Of a DNA stretch of 64,000 bases, positions 51,360 through 64,000 are shown in pieces. The position numbers and the translations under genes are program-made. How positions within the stretch are numbered: the first letter of the stretch is position 1; the number at the start of each line of letters is the position of its first letter. Origin of the DNA: Octopus sinensis (Eukaryota); NCBI RefSeq assembly GCF_006345805.1, contig NC_043012.1, positions 25,420,001 through 25,484,000 of the forward strand. Reading direction: 5' to 3'. Under the pieces are notes generated by a model. It had not been told where the DNA came from. It did no database searches and saw nothing but the letters and a program-made list of their open reading frames with translations.

Positions 51360-51413
<54 letters not shown>
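51360..51413 (+). repeat. (GA)n microsatellite
   Basis: Direct inspection. Confidence 0.95.
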
Positions 51414-51414
<1 letters not shown>

Positions 51415-51533
51415 TGTATGTGTGCGTGAGTGCGTGTGTATTTGTGTACATGTATGGGTATTACAAACAGCGATAAGCATTTGTTTTCTTTTTACACAGG
51501 ATCTCAGATCTTAGAAGCGATGATAATAACGAG

Positions 51534-54040
51534 ACTTAGATAAAACTTAGATAAAACTTAGATATGTTTCGACCAGAGATTGGTCCAGACCATGTCTAAC
51601 TTAATAGCACCACCTGATAGGATTATTCGAATCCTGTTTAAGTCAAGTTTTGTTCAAGTAGTGAGTTCTTGTTGGGTGAGTTGTATCCAGTTTTGTTCAA
51701 GTAGTGAGTTCTTGTTGGGTGAGTTGTATCCAATTATGGGTGGCTTGTCTGGTATTCTTTGAAGGAATCTATCCAGACTCTGTTTGAAGTTGATGGGATC
51801 CTTTTCCTCTTTGATCTCCTCGGGACAATGTTAAATAGGGCAGGGCCTGTTGAGGAAAAGAAATTATGTTGCAGTGTACATGTATGTTGTGATCTTGAAT
51901 TTGGCAGGGGACGTATAGCCCGTGGTCCAAGTCTCGGATGAACCTTGAAGCTAATGTTTAGGTCGTTTGGGCAAAGTTGGCGGTATATTTTCCACATCGT
52001 ACAAATGATGTACCGCTCACGGCGACGCTGGAGGGAGTAAAGTTTCAAGGCTTTAGGCGATCCCAATAGTCGAGAGCAGCCATGCCTTCAATTTGTTTAG
52101 TGAGAGCCCTCTGGGGTGACTCAATTCTGGAGATGTTTTGTCTTGTGTGAGGAGACCACAGTGGGCAGCAGTATTCAAGGTGTGGCCGTACAAAGGATGA
52201 AAAAAGTGGTATGATGACACCTTGTTCTCTGGACCGGAAAGTTCTTAAGATCCAGGAACTCATCCTACGAGCTGTATCGACCTTCTTGTTGATGTGTGCA
52301 CTCCAACTGAGATCGTCATCAACAATTACACCCAGGTCTCTGATATTGTTAGAGGCTGTGAGCGGTTCCCCTGAAGGAAGAGAGTATGGTTGTTTTAGTG
52401 AGGAATTTCTTCCAAAATGCATCAGCTCAATTTTCCCTCATTCAGTTGCATTTTGTTTCTGTCTGCCCATTGACTCACAGCATATAGGTCAGACTGGAGT
52501 TGAGTTCGGTCTGCTTCTTCATTGACGATTTGCTGGAGCTTAGTGTCATCAGCGAATATTTTCACTTTGCAGTGATGTACTACACTGGAAAGGTCGTTTA
52601 CATAAATTATGAAGAGTAGCGGACCCAAAACAGTTCCCTGGGGAACACCGCTGGTGACTTTTGCTGGGTTTGAGTGGACTCCATCAACTACAACATGTTG
52701 TGTTCTATTCGCTAGGAAATACTGAATCCAGTGTAGAACTTTTCCACGGATTCCAACATTTGCCAATTTTGAGAGTAGGCTGTTATGGTCTACCCTGTCG
52801 AACGCTTTACTGAAGTCAAGGTATATGACGTCAGAGTTCGAACCTGTTCCCAAGGCTTTGAGTACATCTTCAATGTGGTGTAAGAGCTGTGTTAGACAGT
52901 CCCTGCCACAGCGAAAGCCATGTTGATTTGAATTTAGGAGTTTGTGGGTCTCCAGGAAGTCAGCTATCCTTGATCTTAACACTCTTTCAAACACTTTAAT
53001 GATGTGGGAAGTGAGTGAGATTGGGCGATAGTTGACTGCGAGGGATCTGTTTCCCTGTTTGAAAACCGGGATGACCGACTGGGATAGAAACTTTTTCGGT
53101 ATATAACCTGCGTCTAACGAGTTTCTCCAGAGGTTGGTCAGAGGGACTGCAAGTTGATATCTACATTCCTTCAGGAGACTGGCGGGAAATCTATCAGGGC
53201 CTACAGCGGAGTAATGTTTGACCTCATTTATTGCTGCTACGATGTCGGTGGCAGTGAAGGTTATGTCTGCGATTTTATGTTGGGAGTCAGCTTCGTTCGT
53301 TTCCCTCACATCAATATCAGTGGGAACACTGAAGACAGAGCAATATTGTTTCTGCAGTATTTCTGCCATTTCTTTAGCATCGTGTTGGGGAATGCCGTTT
53401 TCATCAATCAATGGCCCAATAGGTGAGACAGTGGTTCTATACTTATTTGCATAAGAATAGAACACTTTTGGGTTCTGTTTGATGTTTTTGATTACCCATT
53501 GTTCCTCCACAGCTCTTTGATTTTCAATGGAGGTTTTCATGTTAGTCTGCAGATGAAGTTTTTCCAGCTCTAGTCTTTTCATTGTTGTTGAATGTGGATG
53601 TTGCGTGTGGGAATATTTTAATTGGTTGATTTTTTTGTTGAGTCTTTTGATGCGCCTGATGAGTGTTTTTTTTCTTTTTAGGGAGCCGGTTTCTGTTTGT
53701 GTTAGTAGATTTCTTGGGAGCATGTTTAGAGCATGTGTCGGTGACAATGGTTTCAAAGTGCTGCCACGCGGTCTCAATATGAGGGGAATTGAGAGTAAAA
53801 GACCAGTCGATGGAAGACAGATCCTTTCTGATTGTTCCCCAGTCCGCTTTGTGGAAATTTATGTTGTCAAATGGGTGCCATGGAGTGGGATTGGCTGGTT
53901 TGGTTTTTATACGTCGGGAATTAAGATTGCAGAGTACCATGTCGTGGTCTGAGAGGAGAGTTTTTTCGACTGAAATGCTGTGAACGTACCTAGAGTGATT
54001 GGTCAGTACCAGATCCAAGATCGTTTTATTCTGACTAGTC
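51534..54040 (-). mobile_element. CR1-clade LINE, 5'-truncated at the end of the endonuclease
   Basis: LDLVLTN...LSDH (APE C-terminus), full RT, CR1-type C-terminus (LYSLQRRRER), and an 11-bp tandem tail (TATCTAAGTTT)x~3 at 51534-51564. Confidence 0.95.
52422..53777 (-). CDS. Reverse transcriptase domain of CR1-clade ORF2 (frameshift-bounded segment; the first ~35 aa of this ORF are out of frame)
   Basis: YRPISLTSHIIKVFE, QHGFR, YLDFSKAFDRVDH, GVPQGTVLGPLLF, FADDTKL. Confidence 0.93.
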   Translation of the reverse strand: MRPRGSTLKPLSPTHALNMLPRNLLTQTETGSLKRKKTLIRRIKRLNKKINQLKYSHTQHPHSTTMKRLELEKLHLQTNMKTSIENQRAVEEQWVIKNIKQNPKVFYSYANKYRTTVSPIGPLIDENGIPQHDAKEMAEILQKQYCSVFSVPTDIDVRETNEADSQHKIADITFTATDIVAAINEVKHYSAVGPDRFPASLLKECRYQLAVPLTNLWRNSLDAGYIPKKFLSQSVIPVFKQGNRSLAVNYRPISLTSHIIKVFERVLRSRIADFLETHKLLNSNQHGFRCGRDCLTQLLHHIEDVLKALGTGSNSDVIYLDFSKAFDRVDHNSLLSKLANVGIRGKVLHWIQYFLANRTQHVVVDGVHSNPAKVTSGVPQGTVLGPLLFIIYVNDLSSVVHHCKVKIFADDTKLQQIVNEEADRTQLQSDLYAVSQWADRNKMQLNEGKLS

Positions 54041-54078
54041 ACACATTTTTCATTCTTTATCTCCATTTGTATACGCAA

Positions 54079-54124
<46 letters not shown>

Positions 54125-54519
54125 TTATATTGGATTCGTTCTCAGTCCAAAGACACCTGTTGTTATTTTCTTGTTGTTCGTATTCGTAATTGTGTACCAT
54201 GTTCTCCGTTTTTCTGTCTTTGTTGCCGTGCACATTCGCAAGCTTTCTTACAAAGGGCTCTAATGCTCTTAGCTGAGAATTTTGGGTAGGCAACCAGATC
54301 GAACCATCTCAAGTGTAATTGTTGTTTCTCTTGTGTCGTCTATCTGTCCGAATGTTTTATTTTTATTGTCTTCTACTTAGCTTTTGTTCCATATATATAT
54401 ACATATATATATATATGTGCCAGAAATTGATGCAATGCAAAATAAATAACAGTTCTCTGATAAGGGGTTATGAAATGCTTAAACTAGTCACATCGACCGT
54501 TTCTCTATGTATGTATCTA

Positions 54520-54527
54520 CATATCTG

Positions 54528-54595
<68 letters not shown>
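54520..54595 (+). repeat. (TATC)n microsatellite
   Basis: Direct inspection. Confidence 0.95.
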
Positions 54596-54596
<1 letters not shown>

Positions 54597-54834
54597 CCCT
54601 CTCTTTTATGGACTCCTTCCCTCCTTCCCTCCTCTCGACACACACACATACATTATCATTGACTCCGAGCTTAGAAGGATTCAAGTCAAAGTTAATGTCA
54701 GTAACACTTTAATCCCGAAAGTACAGTGTCGTTGCTCCAAATGTAATGGTGGATTTGAAGCGTTGGAACGAGGGATATACTGCAAAGCCTCTCATTTAAT
54801 GTCTTAACAATTGCTCTAGAACGCGAGCTGCGTA

Positions 54835-55030
54835 GGCCGGTGAGCTGGCAGAATCGTTAGTACGCCGGGCAAAATGATTAGCCACACTTGGTCCGCCTCC
54901 ACATTCTGAGTTCAAATTCCGCCTTTCAGACTCGATGAAAATAGGCACCAGTTGAGTGCTGGGGTCGATAAAATCAATTCACACTCCTCCCCGTACTTGC
55001 TGGACTTAAGCCAATATTTGACAACAATAA
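54835..55030 (+). mobile_element. SINE family B
   Basis: GGCCGGTGAGCTGGCAGAATCGTTAG...GAGTTCAAATTCCGCC. Confidence 0.88.
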
Positions 55031-55074
55031 TTCGTCAAGAATAAAACAGTGGTGTGCTAATATATTTCATCAAC

Positions 55075-55286
55075 AATGCGGTGAGTTGGCAAAAACGTTA
55101 GCACGCCGGGCGAAATGCTTGGCAGTATTTCGTCTTTACGTTCTAAGTTCAAATTCCACCGAGCTTAGCTTTGCCTTTCATCATTTCGGTATCGATAAAT
55201 TAAGCACCATTTGCGCCCTAGGATTAATCTAATCCACTTGTCCCTTACGTCAAAATGCCAGGCCTTGTATCTAGAGTAGGAACGAC
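55075..55286 (+). mobile_element. SINE family B with a 14-bp TSD, nested in an older antisense copy
   Basis: TATATTTCATCAAC at 55061-55074 and 55287-55300. Confidence 0.88.
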
Positions 55287-55731
55287 TATATTTCATCAAC
55301 TCTGGAGGATGGAAGGCAAAGTTGACTTCAGAGTTATATGAACTCAAACTACTTTTATTGAGGACAAATATAATCTTAAACTGTAGCAAGTTTTCGAATT
55401 TCCCACATAAAACAGAGAGAGCGGAGAGAGAAATAAAAACGAACTCTGACATCCATTTTATTCTTCTGTATTACACCACCACCAGCTCTTCAAAATATCA
55501 GTTTTACATATTTGGTTGATTGGTTTGGCTCTGTGGCAATACTGGTATTAATCTTAATTATACGAAAACTTCTCAAAATTTAGATTAACTGGTTGGGGTA
55601 TGAACTGGGGTCGACGAAATGAACTGTTGGAAATAGAACTTAGCCCAATGAACTTCACTGTTCTTTACCCTACCAACCACAAATGTTATAAATTGGTTTT
55701 AAATTTTGACTGAAACTCGGTAGAGAGGATA

Positions 55732-55965
55732 CCTATTTCTTTACTACCCACAAGGGGCTAAACGCAGAGAGGACAAACAAGGCCAGACAAACGGATTAAG
55801 TCGATTATATCGACTCCAATGCATAACTGGTACTTAATTTATCGACCCCGAAAGGATGAAAGGCAAAGTCGACCTCGGCGGAATTTGAACTCAGAAAGTA
55901 ACGGCAGACGAAATACGGCTACGCATTTAGTCCGGCGTGCTAACGATTCTGCCAGCTCACCACCC
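55732..55965 (-). mobile_element. SINE family B
   Basis: Head, central domain and CCCCTTGTGGGTAGTAAAGAAATAGG tail. Confidence 0.92.
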
Positions 55966-56258
55966 TCTCGGTAGAGAGGATACCGTGAATGTATCGATCC
56001 AGGGTTCAACTAGTGCTTCTGTTATCGACCCCTACAGGATGAATGACACAATGGAGCTTGACGGAATCTGCACTCAGAACACAGAGATGGACGAAATGAC
56101 GCTTTCCATAGCCTTACTCCTATATTTAATTATATGTTTTTTATGATGAATTATTGAAACTGTATAAAAGTCGTTTGACTATGAAGTTCAAAGACGTGGA
56201 ATCGCAGTACTGATGTGTGATACAAACGCAAATTTATACAATTTTCTCCACTAACATA

Positions 56259-56668
56259 GGCGCAGGAGTGGCTGTTTGGTAAGTAGCTTGCTAACCAACC
56301 ACATGGTTCCGGGTTCAGTCCCACTGCGTGGCATCTTGGGCAAGTGTCTTCTGCTATAGCCCCGGGCCGACCAATGCCTTGTGAGTGGATTTGGTAGACG
56401 GAAACTGAAAGAAGCCTGTCGTATATATGTATATATATATAAGTGTGTGTGAATATGTTTGTGTGTCTGTGTTTGTTCCCCTAGCATTGCTTGACAACCG
56501 ATGCTGGTGTGTGTACGTCCCCGTCACTTAGCGGTTCGGCAAAAGAGACCGATAGAATAAGTACTGGGCTTACAAAGTATAAGTCCCGGGGTCGATTTGC
56601 TCGACTAAAAGCGGTGCTCCAGCATGGCCGCAGTCAAATGACTGAAACAAGTAAAAAGAGTAAAGAGA
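56259..56668 (+). mobile_element. SINE family A, full length
   Basis: Both modules and the internal microsatellite are present. Confidence 0.95.
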
Positions 56669-57039
56669 GTAACACGGTGGAAGCTTTATCAATCTTTGCA
56701 ATAAGGAAAAAAAAAGAAAGAAAAAAGCTCTTGTCGGATTTGAACTTAGGCCATTAAGATATATGACAAAACGCTGAATGCCATTTGTCCGTCGAGGGAA
56801 CGATTCAGTGAATTCCCCGTTATATTTAGTGAGATAATAGTCTAATAACGGCCATAAACCACATTTTATAGGAAATTTCAAAAAGAGAACATCAACATTA
56901 AGCGTAAAATAAATATTCGAATATAGAGAAACTACAAACTATATTGAACCACAAAAACATTTCTGCTTCTTTTCCTTTGTTTATAAAATTGCTTTTTCTC
57001 TGCGTCATGCCTTTTATGTTCTTATAAATTGAAGCATCT

Positions 57040-57230
57040 GTTTTGGTGGTTAGGGTGTTATAATTGCGATCATAAACTTGCGGTTTCGATTCCTGGATGA
57101 ATTGAGTTCTTGAGCAAAACACCTCATTTCCCGTTGCTCCGGTTCACTCTGATGACAGAAATTAGTTCCGTACAGGGAGTGGGGGGGTCTATAGAAGCCA
57201 CAGAATGCAAGGGTAGCGGCGTTATGAACC
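57040..57230 (+). mobile_element. Degenerate tRNA-derived SINE
   Basis: TGGTGGTTAGGGTG...GGTTTCGATTCCTGG...TTCTTGAGCAAAACAC. Confidence 0.65.
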
Positions 57231-57239
57231 AATGTTTCA

Positions 57240-57515
57240 AGAAGGACCGACGATATAAGGGCTACTATCTACATGTCCGGATAGAATGAGGAGGAGAGGG
57301 GTGTCAAACTGAGGTGCCCTTGGAGTTAGGGGATCCTAGGTGTTTGAGATTTCTTTGGTCACATCTCGGTGAAACACCGTTTCCCTATTGGGGAAGTATA
57401 TTTTTGGTTTAATCCCCTTGTTGTTTGCATGTTGAACTCCAACTGTCCCTCGTCTGTGTATTGTTCTTTCTGTTTTGTGTTCGGCCCTGGTAACCAATAA
57501 AGAAAATGTAATTTT
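57240..57515 (+). mobile_element. Putative LINE 3'UTR fragment, with an end like the Tx1 element
   Basis: Ends GTGTTCGGCCCTGGTAACCAATAAAGAAAA, then (ATT)n. Resembles the end motif at 32141-32180. Confidence 0.5.
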
Positions 57516-57519
57516 CATC

Positions 57520-58603
<1,084 letters not shown>

Positions 58604-59054
58604 TGCTGCGGTGTACATCAGGCATGTTTCTGAACGCTCCAAGTATGTCATTTTGAAAACATTTGTTTTACACCCGTTTGGTGCCGATTTTTCGGTTTAT
58701 ATTTTGTTCCATGTTGTTAATAGAAACATCAGGAATCTATCGCTGGGTTTGGCTCTACACGGGGCCATATTCTTCCCCCAAACAAGTTCGGTGGGTGTTT
58801 AATCATATACAATTCAGCAAGATGGCGGAACCCATGCTGAAAGAGTTAAGAAACGAAGCTGCTCCTCCTGAAGGTATAGTGACTGTTGAATATTTCTCTC
58901 TCCTTCTTTTACTGAGAAGTGGGGGAGATAACACAGGGAGAAACAGTACAAAGCCCACCTCGCAGTAGCAGCAGTGGCAACATCAATAACAGCAGTGGTA
59001 GCAGTTACACCAACATCGGCAGCAGTCACAGCAGCAACAGTGACAACAGCAGCA

Positions 59055-59216
59055 GAATATGCAGCGCCAGTCTGGACTCCCTGGGTGTCATCCACAAACA
59101 TCGGGAAACTCGAGAGAACGCAACTAGAGGCAGCTAGACTGATCGCCAAACACATACGCTCGACTCCTACCAAAGCGGTCCTTGCAGAAGCCCAATTACT
59201 AACACTTCCATCTCGC
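59055..59216 (+). mobile_element. LINE ORF2 fragment (post-RT region, I/Ingi-like)
   Basis: EYAAPVWTPWVSSTNIGKLERTQLEAARLIAKHIRSTPTKAVLAEA. Confidence 0.75.
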
Positions 59217-59269
59217 TTGATATCGATCCCTCTGCTTAACTTGTAATTATTTTATCACACCCCTAATTA

Positions 59270-59895
59270 AAGACGAAGTTTACTTCAGCGGAATTTGAAC
59301 TCAGAACGTGAAGACGGACGAAATACCTATTTCTTTACTACCCACAAGAGGCTATACGCAGAGAGGACGAACAAGAACGGAGAAACGGATTAAGTCGATT
59401 ATATCGACCCAGTGCGTAACTGGTACTTATTTAATCGACCCCGAAAGGATGAGAAGCAAAGTCGACCTCGGCGGAATTTGAACTCAGAACATGAAGACGG
59501 ACGAAATACCGCAAAACATTTCATCTATACCGTTATGGCCAAGAATTTTGTGGGAGGGGGACAAGTCGATTACTTCAATTACAGTTTTCTGGTACGTTTT
59601 TTATGGACCACCAAATAGATAAAAGGCAAAAATCGCCCCCTGCCCAGCAGGACGTAAAGACGGACGAAATGTAAAATAGTTTTCAATTTTAACACGGAGC
59701 CAGTTATTACAAGGACGGAGTAAAATCGATTACATAGCCTCCAGTGCTCGTCTAGTACATATTCTAACGACCATCCCGCAAAGGATGAATGGCAAGACGA
59801 CCTCAGCAGAATTTGAACTCAGAAAGCAAAAGCAGACAAAATGCCGCTGAACATTTCTTCTAGCGTACTAACGATTTTGCAAGCTCTCACCTAAA
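59270..59895 (-). mobile_element. Stack of SINE family B copies (one dimer plus 2 degenerate copies)
   Basis: Repeated GAATTTGAACTCAGAA...GACGGACGAAAT and central domain. Confidence 0.85.
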
Positions 59896-59929
59896 TAAAT
59901 CATTTATTTATTTATTTATTTATTTATTT

Positions 59930-60235
59930 ATTATGCGCCCTTTTCAAGCTTAGCCAGGCTCATGCGCCCGGTTTCCCGGTTTCTATGGCGTATATGTTCT
60001 CCCCAGCTGGACGGGACGCCAGTCCATTGCAGCGTTACTCAAGAAACAGGAAGAAAGAGTGAGAGAAAGTTGAGGCGAAAGAGTACAACAGGGGTCGCCA
60101 CCCCCACCCCTGCCGGGGCTTCCTGGAGCTTTAGGTGTTTTCACTCAATAAACACACACAACGCCCGGTCTGGGAATCGAAACCGCGATACTCCAACCAC
60201 GAGTCTGCTCCCCTAAACACTGAGACATTGCGTCT
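59930..60235 (-). mobile_element. SINE family C (V-domain-like) with a (TAAA)n tail
   Basis: Close reverse-complement match to 34757-35035. (TTTA)n at 59903-59932. Confidence 0.9.
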
Positions 60236-60789
60236 CCAAATAAATATTAACAAAGCAAAAGGTGAAGGGTTAATGGATATCACCAATTTTTATCTGATTA
60301 TCTTATTGACTTCTATCTCATTAGCGTCGCCGAAGACTTCGCAGCATTTTGATGGTTGGAAATAGCAATTGATATATAACTTTCATGGTTGCTTCTTTGT
60401 TTACATAAAAGATGTAATTAGACATTTTTTTTATATTTGCTCTTTTTCTTCTTTTGTCTGTTTGTATTTGTTTTAGTCATGTATATCATTGTTATTGCCA
60501 GAGTTCGTCATTGGTTTATCACGGCAGCAGAGGATTCGTCGCTTCCTATATCGACGGTGACAACTAAACGATCGGTATCTCACCTTGCCTCTAGTAACAG
60601 CTGTCTTATACTGCTGCGAACCACGGAGTGAGATGTAGTATCAATGCTGTAAAGATTTAAAGATTGTACCCTAGATTTCTTGCTGTCAGGTTACTATGGT
60701 AATTAGCTAATGAAAACTAGCTTCATATGAAATACATGTGAGAAGCAGACTATTATAAATCAAGACAGAAATGAATAAAGAAATATTAC

Positions 60790-61171
60790 TCTATTTTACT
60801 CGTTTCAGTCATTTGACTGTGGACATGCTGGAGCACCGCCTATAGTCGAGCAAATCGACCCCAAGACTTATTCTTTTTAACCCTAATACTTATTCTATCG
60901 GCCTCTTTTGCCGAACCGCTAAGTTACGGGGACGTAAACACACCAGCATCGGTTGTCAAGCGATGTTGGGGGAACAAACACAGACACACAAACATATACA
61001 CACACATACATATATCTATATATATATATTTACATATATACGACGGGTTTCTTTCAGTTTCCGTCTACCAAATCCACTCACAAGGCCTTGGTCGGTCCGA
61101 GACTATAGTAGAAGACACTTGGAACCATGTGGTTGGTAAGTAAGATACATATCACCCAGCCACTCCTACGC
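60790..61171 (-). mobile_element. SINE family A, near full length
   Basis: Both modules present, with a deletion in the head. Confidence 0.92.
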
Positions 61172-61214
61172 ATGATGATAATAATAATAAGAAGAAGAAG
61201 AAGAAGAAGAAGAA

Positions 61215-61430
61215 GAATTTGAAATTTTGCTACAAGGGCATCACTTTTGGAGGAGGGAATGTGTGGATTACATCGAAGCCACTACTTCAATGGTAACTAT
61301 TTTATCGAGCCCGAAAGGATGAAAAGCAAAGTCGACCTCGGTGGAATTTGAGCTCAGAACGTAGCGGCAGGCAAATACCCGCTAATCATTTTCCCGGCGT
61401 GCAAACGATCTGCCATCTCACCGCCCTCAA
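61215..61430 (-). mobile_element. SINE family B
   Basis: Central domain and head. Confidence 0.85.
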
Positions 61431-61754
61431 TAATAACAATAATAATAATAATAATAATGATAATAATAACAAGAAGAGTAGTGTGGTTTCCCTGCTCTAG
61501 GTGTCAGGAAGACACTCGGAAAGGAAAGAAAACATAATTGAAAGAAGATGATACTGAACATAATAATAATAATAAAAATAATAATTAATGGAACGCATAT
61601 CAAAACCAACCAAAGGAGAAGGAACCGGTGTTTATGTGTGTTTGTGTGCACGTACTTATGTATATGCGATGAAGTACCCAAAAGAAATCGAAATTTCGCA
61701 ATATTATTTCAATCATTTTGTTTTGCATGTTCATACTTGCACGATTGTCTTCTA

Positions 61755-62070
61755 TAGACTCGGGCCGATCAAAACTGAAAGAAGCCTGTCGTGTATGTAT
61801 ATATGTGTGAGTCTGTGTGAGACTGTATGTGACTGTGTGAGAGTGTGTGTATGTCTGTGTGTGTCTGGTTTTATCTCTCATCACCGCTTGATAACTGTTT
61901 TTAGTGTGTTTAGGTCCACGTAACATAGGTGTTAGGTAAAAGAGAGCGATAGAATAAGTACCAGAATTTAAAAGAAGAAAATATGTCTTGGGGGTGATTC
62001 GTTCGACTGACATTTTGTTCAAGGCAGTGCCCAGCGTGGCCACAATATGATGACTTGTAATCAAGCGAAA
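61755..62070 (+). mobile_element. SINE family A, 5'-truncated and degenerate
   Basis: AACTGAAAGAAGCCTGTCG, (TG)n, second module. Confidence 0.8.
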
Positions 62071-62739
62071 AATACAAGCTTTTCAACGACTAGGAATGTG
62101 TACCTATAACGAAGTTAAAGGACAGCGCTTCATTGGCGCATATTTGCTAAAATCAGTAAACCGTTTCGAACATATGGAAGCTTAATAAAAACCTCAGTAA
62201 TACACTATGTAATATAATGTTGATAATGTTGATGTAAGCTTTAAATCATCATTTGTTCTTACAATGATTATTATGAAAATTACATATGACATATATTCTG
62301 ACAGGTAGTTAGGAAGTAGCTTATCGTCCAACGATATTGTGATAATAACAAATTGCCCTCACGTTAAATCTGCAAATTAGTAACAGACATTTTGATGTTT
62401 GTAACAAGTAGTTCTACAGGTTTAAGAATCGCAACGCAATAACTATTAAGTGTATCCATTGTGTATCAAGCACCAAACGAGGAGATGGAACAATTCAGGA
62501 AATGAATAAAGCTTTTAATTAAAAGTGAAGTGATCTTGATTTCTCAAGTACGTTTTTACCGGTCGTCAACCTGGGATAACGCAGATTTTGAAGAATGCAA
62601 ATCCTACAACTACTCGTGAATAATACTTTTACAATAGTACAACCCGACATCACTTAACTCGGATAATCAGTTGAAACTTTTAACTTTCCTTTTGTTAGTT
62701 GTTTCTAACGATCGTGCAAGACGTACATAGTAACGAAAT

Positions 62740-63290
62740 GATTTAAACTGTTGGCACGAGGCCAGCAACTTTGGAAGACGAGTGGAGTCGATTGCATCAA
62801 TCTCAGCACATAAATGTCCCTAATTTTACCGACCACGAAAGGATAAAAGGCAAAGTTGACCTTGGCGGAATTTGAACTCACAACATAAAGATAGCTGAAA
62901 TGGCGATAAGCATTTTGCCCGCCGTGCTAATGACTCCCAGATCGCTACCCTAACTAAAGCAGATACTTGTTTCAAATTTTGGCACAAAGCCAGCAAATTG
63001 GGTGGGAGGGTGCAAGACAATTAAGTTGACTCCAGTACTCAAATGGTACGTATTTTATCGACCCCGAAAGGACATAGTTATATAAGGCGATGAGCTGGTA
63101 GAATCGTTAGGACAGCGGGCAAAACGCTTAACGGCATTCGTCCCTCTTTATGTTCTGAGTTCAAATCGCGCCAAGGTCGTCTTTGCTATTTATTAGTGGG
63201 GATCGATATACTCTGGAGCACTGGAGTCGATATACTCGACTTACGCCGATCCTTGAAATCAGTGGCCGTATGCCAAAATATTGAACCATT
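62740..63290. mobile_element. Cluster of three SINE family B copies (two minus, one plus)
   Basis: Central domain or head motifs at about 62830, 63055 and 63160. Confidence 0.82.
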
Positions 63291-64000
63291 ATTACAGAGA
63301 GATGTGAGCATTTTGTGAAATTACAGGTGAGTCGAAATTGCGATGCTGTTACTTGAATTAGATATATTTGATTCGGAAGCGAATCAAAATATAAGAGCTT
63401 GTAGTGTAATATCTGATGGCTACCGTGTCTGTTAATTTCGCCAGACGGCTTCTAGCATGTATCGCTGAGTTGAAACTTAAATCCACACTGCTTGAATTTT
63501 ATAAGTTTTTATAAGTACTCAGTAATGAGTTTCTCGCATCAGTAAATGTGTTATCCTTAAATCTACTTTTTAAAAAATAACCTTCATTTAACATCTATAA
63601 GAAAATAAGAAGCGTATGTCACTTCCAAAGATCATTTGAAGAATCCCGTCAGAAATGGTAAATGCTTAATGATTAACGCTGTGTGAGAAAGGATTAACTA
63701 CAAGAAGAGTAAAGAATATGAATGATGTAATAAGGAAAGCTACAAATCACCTAATTTCTGTTACCGTAATTATTTGCTTTAAAAATAGGAACAATAAAAC
63801 CGGATTGTAGATTAAATGAAGTCAACATTATCGAATTTTATCCTACCATCTCAATATTTATAGGGCGGCGAATATATGTATATATATCGCTATAAAAGCC
63901 AGAAAATTTTGTGTGCTTCGATACTCCAAATTCTTCAAAATACAGTGAATCCCTCCAAGAAGGGCACCCTCGCTGCCATACGATGGTGTTAAATAAATGA

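Noticed and set aside
51646-51731. Direct repeats as a CRISPR-like array (also 42840-42923)
   Set aside because: The repeats are contiguous without unique spacers, the context is eukaryotic, and there are no cas genes.
53154-53952. Plus-strand ORFs overlapping the CR1
   Set aside because: They are antisense shadows of the LINE ORF2.

Overview
This is AT-rich, repeat-dense metazoan DNA with one 100-N scaffold gap at 772-871. The SINE families and very high microsatellite density point to an octopus or other coleoid cephalopod; this is inference, not a database match. I found no host protein-coding gene that I can identify with confidence. Almost all ORFs in the track are translations of microsatellites or SINEs. 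Real coding sequence is transposon-derived: (1) a young-looking, 5'-truncated CR1-clade LINE at 51.5-54.0 kb, minus strand; (2) an internally deleted Tx1/L1-clade LINE at 32.1-33.9 kb, minus; (3) an old, nearly complete RTE LINE at 36.1-38.6 kb, plus; (4) an internally deleted mariner at 30.5-31.4 kb; (5) smaller RT and GIY-YIG relics. The rest is three or more tRNA-derived SINE families, tandem non-autonomous Helitrons, several foldback MITEs and long simple repeats. Best leads: one SINE family shares its 3' tail with the Tx1-like LINE in this window; that SINE spreads as a dimer and stacks next to older copies with TSDs; an RTE-type non-autonomous element has a candidate HDV-like ribozyme at its 5' end; there are perfect or near-perfect hairpins beside (TA)n tracts; and a few splice-bounded candidate exons could belong to an unidentified long-intron gene.
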